This document shows positions 11,647 to 19,345 of a stretch of 64,000 nt of DNA, in pieces (positions within the stretch are counted from its first letter, which is position 1; each line of letters begins with the position of its first letter). A program made the position numbers and the translations under genes. The notes beneath the pieces are model-generated. The model was not told the DNA's origin. It saw only the letters and a program-made list of their open reading frames with translations, and searched no databases. The stretch comes from an uncultured delta proteobacterium (lineage in GTDB: Bacteria; Desulfobacterota; WTBG01; CAIYCZ01), in NCBI GenBank assembly GCA_963803975.1, contig CAWDOY010000053.1, positions 1-64,000 of the forward strand, written 5' to 3'.

Positions 11647-11948
11647 GCTTTTCCCCTTTATGCTTTCAATTAGTATCTAAATGTAACCACAGAGGACACC
11701 CGTCCTCCGAAGCATTTCTGCCTGTCCTCCGCACAAAGCGTGCTTTGGAAGGCGGGCGGAGGGTGGACTGAGAAATTTTATATTTATCACCGTGTTATAA
11801 AATAGTCCTCAGGAAGTTACTCTGTGCCCTTAGCGTAATTATTATATAACAAAAAAGCGTTTTATGCTTGTGTATTGAGAGCACAGAGGGTTTCCCTGCG
11901 TTCTCAATGGGTGCATCCCTTCTCTGTTTTTCATAAAACTTTTATCAT

Positions 11949-13343
11949 TCATGATCTCAAGGTTTTAAACAGCGTTTCAAATTCCCTGCTGAACGCGATC
12001 TGGTTTTTATTGGTTGAGCCGGCAAGCACGGCTTTGCACTCGCCGTCCTTCTCCTCCACTCTCAGCCAGATGCGGCGGTGGGAGGTGAAAAATGCGACAT
12101 AGATGCCGCCAATGAGCAGGATGCAGCCGAGCCACACGACCAATACCCCGGGGTCATGGGTTACCTGCAGGCCCGTATAATACCGGGGTTGGATATTTAC
12201 CAGCTGCAGGTCAAGCGGCTGATCGCCCTTGCCGTGGAAATCAGGAAATTTTGCAAATATCCATTTATTGAACTCTTCTTTCCCGCCCTTGAGGACCGTT
12301 ACCCGGACGGCAGGATTATTGAACTCCTGAGACCGTGAAACGGGTTTGCCGTTATTATCCATCGCAAAATCAGAGAGGAATTCATCTGCGCGCACAACAT
12401 AGTTTGTTCCCGCAATTGGTGCGCTGCTGCCCACATCCAGGGTCAGGTCCTGCTGTTTGCCCGAGTCTTTTAGTTTTACGCTGAGGTTAATCTTGCCCCC
12501 GCCATCCGGAGCACCACCGTAGCTTGACTGGTAAAAATAGATACCGCGGTAAACCAGCGGGTCGTTTACCTCGATGGTCTTGGTTAAAACTTCCCGGTTG
12601 TTTTCGAGCACCGTAAGGGTGCTTTTGTAGTCTTTGGGCCTTTGGGAGCCTTCATAAAAGGTGACTTCAAACTTGTCACAGCGTATGGCAAAGTCGAGAT
12701 TCCTGGTCTCGTTCGAGTTTTTCAGCTGCATCACATGCGCAGTCTGCCCTTCGGGGATCTGCATGTAGCCCTGATAGCCCAGCGATCCTGACATGGACCC
12801 CAGGATAATGATTATCAGGCCCAGATGCGTCAGATAGAACCCGAAACGGGTGTATCGGCCGCTTTCAGAAAAAAGATGCCGCCCGCCCTGATTTTGTGTG
12901 AGAGCAGGTTGGTTAAGATACTGCGCGATGACTGTTGCATACTGCTTTTCCTGTTCAGCGGAAAATTTTTTCAGAGTGAATTTTCTGACATTTGTCAGTC
13001 CCTGCAGCAGCTTGTCATCAAGCACCGTGTCCCCATGAAATATCGCACGCCAGACCCGCGGCAGCCGGTTAAGAGAACAGGCTGCGAGGTTTATGGTAAA
13101 GAGGGTCATCAGGGAGATAAACCACCACGAAGCAAACAGGTTCAGGAAACCCAGCGTGGAAAAGAGCCGGTACGTTGACGGGCTGTAGAGCTGCAGGTAG
13201 TGCTGGGGTGATTCATTCTGGGGGATGAGCGTGCCAATGACGCACACGCTGGACAGAATAATAAGCAAAATTATGGTGAGCTTGATGGAAACGAAAAAAT
13301 CCCTTATCCTCTGTAGCATGCTCTTCTTCTTTTTTGCTGTCAT
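11949..13343 (-). CDS. resB: System II cytochrome c biogenesis protein ResB/Ccs1
   Basis: IGTLIPQ, SWWF, THLGL, VNDPL.YRG.YFYQSSY, YTGLQVTHDPG. Confidence 0.92.
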   Translation of the reverse strand: MTAKKKKSMLQRIRDFFVSIKLTIILLIILSSVCVIGTLIPQNESPQHYLQLYSPSTYRLFSTLGFLNLFASWWFISLMTLFTINLAACSLNRLPRVWRAIFHGDTVLDDKLLQGLTNVRKFTLKKFSAEQEKQYATVIAQYLNQPALTQNQGGRHLFSESGRYTRFGFYLTHLGLIIIILGSMSGSLGYQGYMQIPEGQTAHVMQLKNSNETRNLDFAIRCDKFEVTFYEGSQRPKDYKSTLTVLENNREVLTKTIEVNDPLVYRGIYFYQSSYGGAPDGGGKINLSVKLKDSGKQQDLTLDVGSSAPIAGTNYVVRADEFLSDFAMDNNGKPVSRSQEFNNPAVRVTVLKGGKEEFNKWIFAKFPDFHGKGDQPLDLQLVNIQPRYYTGLQVTHDPGVLVVWLGCILLIGGIYVAFFTSHRRIWLRVEEKDGECKAVLAGSTNKNQIAFSREFETLFKTLRS

Positions 13344-13544
13344 GAAAGCCGACTCCTTCTTTTTTATTTGGGGGGTATGTGCTGCCGTAGAGATGTATAA
13401 ATCAATTAATAACAGAACTTAGCCGGTTTGCGCAAGGGGTTAGTATTACTTTGAGAAAAATTTCAAAAAAACTTAAAAACCTGTTGACAACTGTATGTTT
13501 TTTTTGTTACTACATCACAAATTTTTATAAAATTTTATACGGGA

Positions 13545-14075
13545 ATGAAAACCATGAAAAAATGGGTTATATATTTAATTCTTGCTCTTCTTCTGTTTGG
13601 CCTGCCGTTTATAGCCTATACTGCAGAAGAGTACGCGGGGGCAACGAAATGCAAGCTGTGCCACATTAAAATATATAAATCATGGCAGCAGACCAAGCAT
13701 GGCACGGCATTTGATGTGCTGAGTCCGGGCAATAAAGCTGAAGAGAAAAAGAAAGCCGGTCTTGACCCGCAGAAAGATTATACCGCTGATGCCAAGTGCC
13801 TTGAATGCCACACCACCGGCAACAATGCGCAGTTCCCCGGGATTCAGTGTGAAGCGTGCCACGGGGCGGGCAAGGGGTATACCAGTATCAGGGTAATGAA
13901 CAAGAAGCTGTGGAAAGAAGATCCTAAAAAACAGGAGCAGCTGGCTTTAGCTGCGGGTCTTATCATTAAACCTGACGAAAACCTGTGCAAGAAATGTCAT
14001 AACGAAAAAAGTCCCACCTTCAAACCGTTTAATTTTGCTGAGCGCTACAAAGAGGTATCGCATAAAACTGAATAA
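13545..14075 (+). CDS. Periplasmic tetraheme cytochrome c (c554-like family)
   Basis: Signal peptide; CKLCH, CLECH, CEACH, CKKCH; YAGATKC..CH...Y.SW.QTKH pattern; divergent from resB. Confidence 0.88.
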   Translation: MKTMKKWVIYLILALLLFGLPFIAYTAEEYAGATKCKLCHIKIYKSWQQTKHGTAFDVLSPGNKAEEKKKAGLDPQKDYTADAKCLECHTTGNNAQFPGIQCEACHGAGKGYTSIRVMNKKLWKEDPKKQEQLALAAGLIIKPDENLCKKCHNEKSPTFKPFNFAERYKEVSHKTE

Positions 14076-14087
14076 CTGAGTTTACTG

Positions 14088-14705
14088 TTAGTCGTAGTTA
14101 TTATAATCTTCGGAGTCTTGCGCAGGAGCGGGACCTGGTGCAAGAGCTTTATACTCTTTTAATTTCTCCTGTAAGGAATCATCAATAGACTTCAGTTTAT
14201 CTTTAAACATGCGCACCATATATAATTTCAACAACATCACTTCATATTCTTTGCCCTTTTTATCCTCAGCGCTTAGTTGTGATTTGCTTTGAGCGTCTCC
14301 TGCTGCCGCAAGCAATTTATCTAATTCTTTTTGCCCCTGTTCCTTTTCCTGAGTTAATGCCCGAATCTGCTTCTCTATCGACGCTTTTTTTTCTATCTTT
14401 TCCGGGTCTTTCTCTTCCTCTTCTCTTTCAGCCCCTTCGCCAACGATCTCTTCTGCTGCACCATGTTCTACTGCCCTATCGCTATGCCCCGGCATGGTCG
14501 CAGGTGCTGGGATAGGTTTTTTTGCAATGCCCTGCATGTCCGGTGCCGGCATTGTATCCTGTTGTGGCGCAGCTTTTTTCTGCGAAGGTGCACCTTTTCC
14601 CGGTTGCGAACTCTTTGAAGATAAGGATTTTATAATTGACGCTGCTATTAATACAATACCAATGACGCACGCAACCAGGATTATTCTGTTTCGCTGATAT
14701 TTCAT
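14088..14705 (-). CDS. Hypothetical membrane-anchored coiled-coil protein
   Basis: N-terminal TM helix, Pro/Ala linker, K/E-rich helical C-terminus. Confidence 0.6.
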   Translation of the reverse strand: MKYQRNRIILVACVIGIVLIAASIIKSLSSKSSQPGKGAPSQKKAAPQQDTMPAPDMQGIAKKPIPAPATMPGHSDRAVEHGAAEEIVGEGAEREEEEKDPEKIEKKASIEKQIRALTQEKEQGQKELDKLLAAAGDAQSKSQLSAEDKKGKEYEVMLLKLYMVRMFKDKLKSIDDSLQEKLKEYKALAPGPAPAQDSEDYNNYD

Positions 14706-14788
14706 GGTGCTTGAGATTGAATGTTGGGTAGAGAGGATGTGATATTTGATAGCAGATTTATAAATGTATGGCAAGCCTTAGAATAAAC

Positions 14789-14890
14789 CAGGACTTTCCC
14801 TAAAATTACGGCATAGAAAACCAGCAAACGGCATGACCGCAGTGAAAGGGTGAAGAGGTAAGATAAGAGGTAAAGAGGTTAAGAGGGTTA
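14789..14890 (+). repeat. Partial second copy (left end) of the 1031-1249 MITE
   Basis: 33/34 nt identical to 1031-1064, followed by degenerate AAGAGGT units; no right TIR visible. Confidence 0.75.
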
Positions 14891-14910
14891 CAAAACATTA
14901 TATGAAAATC

Positions 14911-14949
14911 AGCAGCGCTCCCCGTCTTGTCCGGACAGGGAGCGCTGCT
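14911..14949 (-). terminator. Stem-loop downstream of the cohesin-cytochrome genes
   Basis: AGCAGCGCTCCCcGTC...GACaGGGAGCGCTGCT inverted repeat. Confidence 0.65.
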
Positions 14950-15014
14950 TGCTGCTGTTTTTATTCTATATTAGGTACTGTGCCAGATACGCTGTAAGTA
15001 TGAGCGCAGTCTTC

Positions 15015-17927
15015 TTACCGTATCGCAAGCGTACCCGTGCATATCTGGGTTCCGGTTAACACGGTTACTATCTTATTACCCTTACCAATGAGGTACTGAG
15101 GCGGCACCATTGCCAGCACCTCGATTGCAGTAGGTGTGATGAGAGTAGTTCTAATGTAACGGAAGCCCTGGATACTTATTGCGCTGGTCTCATCAAATGC
15201 ACCGCCTTCTGTCTGAATTTTGATCCGTGCGAACAGCGGGATAAGAAATCCGGATCTGACGGATTCCGGATCAACCGTCAGCGAGCAGGACGGCGGCGGA
15301 TTCGGTATCGTTGTAGTTGTGGTTATACCGCCTGAACAGCTTGAGTGACAGGTAAGGCATGAACCGCCGTGCTGCACTATTAGATTACATTTGCCCGGAG
15401 AGGTCAGGGGGTGGCATTTTACGCAGTTCCCGGGGCTCACATTGCCTGCCTGCGGAGTGCCGTCATGACATTGGGAGCAGTTGCCGTGTCCTGAGCGTGC
15501 ATGCAGGTCGCTCACTGTATGGCATCCCGTGCAGTCATCAATATGTCCATACGCTGGCGGGGCAGTAGTGGTGGAGGTCGACTGATTTGGTATAGTGGTC
15601 GTTGTAACACCGCCTGAACAGTTTGTGTGACAGGTGAGGCATGAGCTGCCGTGATTAGTTATTAAATTACACTTACCCGCAGCACCCAGAGGATGACACA
15701 CGATACACTTGTCAGCCTCTACGTTGCCTTTTGCAGGAGTTCCTGCATGGCACGATGCACAGGTTTGGTGCCCTGGATGGTCATGTAAATCACTCGAAAC
15801 ATGACAGGTGAGACAGATACTGAAATGATCGCTGGGAGGCAGCACCGTGGTGGTAGAAGATCCTGCGCCGGTTGTGGTGGTTGTTGATCCAATGGTTGTG
15901 GTGGTACTCGGTGCGCACATAGCGGGAGTGTGGCAGGTGTTGCATGAGCTGCCGTGGAACGCTACTAAATTACACGTACCGGGTTTGCCAGTGGGGTGGC
16001 AGCCTGCGCACTTGCCAACATCCGCATTACCAGCTGTCGCTGGAGTTCCCGTATGACAGTAGGTGCAATTGTTGTGTGCTGGCTTAGCATGTATATCACT
16101 CACTTCATGACAGGTGAGACACAGGGCATTGTGTCCGCTTGGAGCTGAAGCAGAAGTGGTGGTAGAAGATCCTGAACCGGTTGTGGTGGTTGTTGATCCA
16201 ATGGTTGTGGTGGTACTCGGTGCGCACATAGCGGGAGTGTGGCAGGTGATGCATGTGCTGCCGTGGAAAGCCACCAGGTTACACTTGCCGGGGTTGCCCA
16301 CCGGGTGGCATGAAACACACTTGCCATCATCAACATTACCTGCCTGCGGCGGCGTGCCGGTATGGCAATAGGTGCAATTATTGTGCGCTGTTTGCGCATG
16401 TAAATCACTCACTTCATGACAGGTGAGACATTTGCTGATGTGGCCGGTTGTGCTTATAGCAGTGCTGGTGGTAGAAGACCCTGGACCGGCTGTGGTAGTG
16501 GTACTCGGTGCGCACATAGCGGGAGTGTGGCAGGTGATGCATGTGCTGCCGTGGAAAGCCACCAAGTTACACTTGCCGGGGTTGCCCACCGGGTGGCATG
16601 AAACACACTTGCCATCATCAACATTACCTGCCTGCGGCGGCGTGCCGGTATGGCAATAGGTGCAATTATTGTGCGCTGTTTGTGCATGTAAATCATTCAC
16701 GTAATGGCAGGTGAGACACTGGTCGGTGTGTCCGCTTGGGGCGGAAGCAGTAGTGGTAGTAGACCCACCTGGAATGCTGGTTGTTGTTCCTCCGCCTGAG
16801 CTGGTTGTGGTGCTGCCGCCACCGATGCTGGTTGTGGTACTGCCCCCGCCGGTACTGGTTGTAGTATTTGAGATAGTAGAAGTGGTAGTGGTAATCGGCG
16901 CTCCGCCGGAACAGCTCTTGTGGCAATCAAGACAGCTTTGGGTTACAAGCTGGGCATGCACGTCCACGATCTTACAGTCGCCGGTGCCGCTGAGCGGGTG
17001 GCATGCAGAGCACTTGTCAGCCGTCACATTTTTACCCGGGGTGCCGTTTGGATGACAGCTGCTGCAGGTATTGTGTCCGGACCGGCTGTGTATGCGCAGG
17101 CTGTTTGTGGAACTGAAATCCGTGGGATGGCATACCACGCAGCTGCTCATATGATTATTTGTGGTGTTGCTATCACAGTCAACATGGCAGGTGAGACAAT
17201 TTGCTCCATGAAGAACAGGTGTGGGTAGGTTTATTAGGTTACATACTCCCGGGCTGCTGCTGGGATGGCAGACGACGCACTTGTCCGGCTTTACATTGCC
17301 TGGCCCGGGGGAGCCTGCGTGGCAAGCGCTGCAGTTGCTTTGATGGGTGGTAACACCGTGTAATGAGCTTGCGGGATGACAGGTAATGCAGGTTTCAATG
17401 TGTGGAACAGGTTCCTGGATCACAGATGAGGTAGTGGTGCTTAATACGCCCACGGTTATGGTGCCATCATTACCTGTGACAGTAATAACACCCCCGGTGG
17501 CGGTCGACGCACTGGGGTCGTTGCTCAGCTGGTAGCTGGTAGCTGGAGCGCTGCAGTTTATCGCAAAGGTGACATTAGCGACAACTCCGTTGCCGATGTT
17601 GTTCACATTTGCTGAGGAGAAAATACCCACCCGATACAGTCCTGGTGATACAATGTTAGAGGCTGCTGATTTCCCTGCTGCTGTTCCTGCCGGCCCTACT
17701 GCGACACTTACCGGGGTTAGAAATTCGCTGTTGTACCCGATATCCGTAGCAACACCAGCAACCGGGGCTATGCCGTCGTTGGTCAGGGTTACGGAGATGA
17801 TAACCTGTGCGCACTGGTTACCTGAAGCAGTGCCAAGGTCAACAGTAGGTGTTGCCTGTGCAGCACCTGCCAGAAAAAGGGACAAAAGCGCTGCAAACAT
17901 TGTTATCCTGCCATGAGCTGTTTTCAT
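15015..17927 (-). CDS. Secreted cohesin-domain multiheme cytochrome c, 7 tetraheme modules (28 CxxCH) with Thr-rich linkers
   Basis: Signal peptide; cohesin-like domain (VATDIGYN..GPAGTAAGK..PGLYRVGI..GVVANVTF); 28 CxxCH counted in 7 repeats; beta-rich C-terminal domain. Confidence 0.88.
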   Translation of the reverse strand: MKTAHGRITMFAALLSLFLAGAAQATPTVDLGTASGNQCAQVIISVTLTNDGIAPVAGVATDIGYNSEFLTPVSVAVGPAGTAAGKSAASNIVSPGLYRVGIFSSANVNNIGNGVVANVTFAINCSAPATSYQLSNDPSASTATGGVITVTGNDGTITVGVLSTTTSSVIQEPVPHIETCITCHPASSLHGVTTHQSNCSACHAGSPGPGNVKPDKCVVCHPSSSPGVCNLINLPTPVLHGANCLTCHVDCDSNTTNNHMSSCVVCHPTDFSSTNSLRIHSRSGHNTCSSCHPNGTPGKNVTADKCSACHPLSGTGDCKIVDVHAQLVTQSCLDCHKSCSGGAPITTTTSTISNTTTSTGGGSTTTSIGGGSTTTSSGGGTTTSIPGGSTTTTASAPSGHTDQCLTCHYVNDLHAQTAHNNCTYCHTGTPPQAGNVDDGKCVSCHPVGNPGKCNLVAFHGSTCITCHTPAMCAPSTTTTAGPGSSTTSTAISTTGHISKCLTCHEVSDLHAQTAHNNCTYCHTGTPPQAGNVDDGKCVSCHPVGNPGKCNLVAFHGSTCITCHTPAMCAPSTTTTIGSTTTTTGSGSSTTTSASAPSGHNALCLTCHEVSDIHAKPAHNNCTYCHTGTPATAGNADVGKCAGCHPTGKPGTCNLVAFHGSSCNTCHTPAMCAPSTTTTIGSTTTTTGAGSSTTTVLPPSDHFSICLTCHVSSDLHDHPGHQTCASCHAGTPAKGNVEADKCIVCHPLGAAGKCNLITNHGSSCLTCHTNCSGGVTTTTIPNQSTSTTTAPPAYGHIDDCTGCHTVSDLHARSGHGNCSQCHDGTPQAGNVSPGNCVKCHPLTSPGKCNLIVQHGGSCLTCHSSCSGGITTTTTIPNPPPSCSLTVDPESVRSGFLIPLFARIKIQTEGGAFDETSAISIQGFRYIRTTLITPTAIEVLAMVPPQYLIGKGNKIVTVLTGTQICTGTLAIR

Positions 17928-17994
17928 ATCACTTGGTTCTCCATGAAAATTTACTGCTATATATAAATTATAATGCCTGTAACGTAAAAAGATT

Positions 17995-19215
17995 TTATTG
18001 TGTCTTTTGATCCAGCGCCCAGACAGCCATGTTCACTGTCAGCCCGTTTTCTTTAGTATCTGTGGTGTCGCCGGTGGTTACCATCACATCGTAGTGACCC
18101 TGGACATTGGGTTTGACTGCCACCAGGGCAATCATGGTGTCGCCCGCGGCCAGTGTTGCCATGGGACGGATATCTCCTGACGGGTTAAAGCTCAATCGAG
18201 AGGACATTTTCAACCCACCCGTATCGCTGCGAATGACCAGAAGATGGAGTCGCTGCCGCCAGCGGGAACTGGTTATGGATAGTGGTGTAATGCTGGAAAT
18301 CCCGCCGGCAGGGGGTGCAGCAACGCTTACCAGTGCCCTGGCCCCTATACCATTGGCATAATCAACAGTCAGTATCGTATCAGTTACCTCTGCTCCGGCA
18401 GTATTTTCACCTGCCACGTAATTGCCGTTTTCATCAATAGTGCTGCCGATGGAACTTTCCACTGACCAGTGCAGCTGTGGCGGGGCACATGCAGCATCGT
18501 TTAGTTGCGCGGCAAAATTTACTGCCTGCTTAGCCATAACGTTGACAGCAGCGGGATTGATAATAAGCGAACAGAAACCCGGAGCAGCAGCAGTGGTAGT
18601 AGTGGTCAAGGCTGCGGTTGTAGTTGCAGATGATATGGTCGTAGTTGTTGTTGCCGGCACGGTCGTGGTTGATACATTGGCTGGTATAGTCGTTGAGTTT
18701 GGACTGTCATCAATTTCTGAGGTAGTGGTGCTGGAGGTGACTTCTATAATGCCAGCGCCACCGCCCGTTGCGACAGGAGACCCCTGAGGCGTTGAGCAGC
18801 TCGGATTATTACCCAGTTGATAGTTTCCTGCGGGCGCACCGCTGTTAACCCTGAAAATGACATTGGCAACCAGGCCGTCTGGTATGGGAGTCAAATTGGA
18901 GGTTGAGAGAACACCGACGCGATATAATCCCGGTTCCACGATATTCTTGACAACCTCTTTGCCTGCTGCTGAGCCTGCCGGCCCTATGGTGGCATCTATC
19001 GGAGTTAGGTGCGCACTGTCATAGGTAATGTCAGTGCTGGCGCCTGCAACCACGGTTCCCGTTTCATTAGTCAGAAATATTGGGATCGTAACCTCCTCGC
19101 CGGGACGCACACTGTCAGAGCCCATATCAAGATCAGGAGCTGCCCAGGCAGCGCCGCATAAGGAGATTGTCAGGAGAAGAGCTATAACTGATGTACTGCC
19201 AAAAACTGATTTCAC
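17995..19215 (-). CDS. Secreted cohesin-domain protein with Thr-rich linker and Ig-like domains, no hemes
   Basis: Signal peptide; PGEEVTIPIFL..STDITYD..GPAGSAAGK..PGLYRVGV..DGLVANVIFRV; poly-Thr linker. Confidence 0.8.
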   Translation of the reverse strand: MKSVFGSTSVIALLLTISLCGAAWAAPDLDMGSDSVRPGEEVTIPIFLTNETGTVVAGASTDITYDSAHLTPIDATIGPAGSAAGKEVVKNIVEPGLYRVGVLSTSNLTPIPDGLVANVIFRVNSGAPAGNYQLGNNPSCSTPQGSPVATGGGAGIIEVTSSTTTSEIDDSPNSTTIPANVSTTTVPATTTTTISSATTTAALTTTTTAAAPGFCSLIINPAAVNVMAKQAVNFAAQLNDAACAPPQLHWSVESSIGSTIDENGNYVAGENTAGAEVTDTILTVDYANGIGARALVSVAAPPAGGISSITPLSITSSRWRQRLHLLVIRSDTGGLKMSSRLSFNPSGDIRPMATLAAGDTMIALVAVKPNVQGHYDVMVTTGDTTDTKENGLTVNMAVWALDQKTQ

Positions 19216-19272
19216 GACGATGACCTCAAAAATACTTTAAAAACAATCTTCTAAAATTAATTGAACCTGGGG

Positions 19273-19311
19273 AAAAAAGGAGGTGGTAGTGGTTGCCCCC
19301 TACCACCTCCT
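19273..19311 (-). terminator. Intrinsic terminator-like hairpin inside the cohesin gene cluster
   Basis: Minus strand AGGAGGTGGTAG-loop-CTACCACCTCCT followed by a T run. Confidence 0.75.
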
Positions 19312-19345
19312 GCAATGTTAACACACGATCAGGTGTTCGTCCAGA

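Noticed and set aside
15845..16720. DGR template/variable repeat pair
   Set aside because: The repeats are in-frame protein modules within one gene, and no reverse transcriptase gene is present in the window
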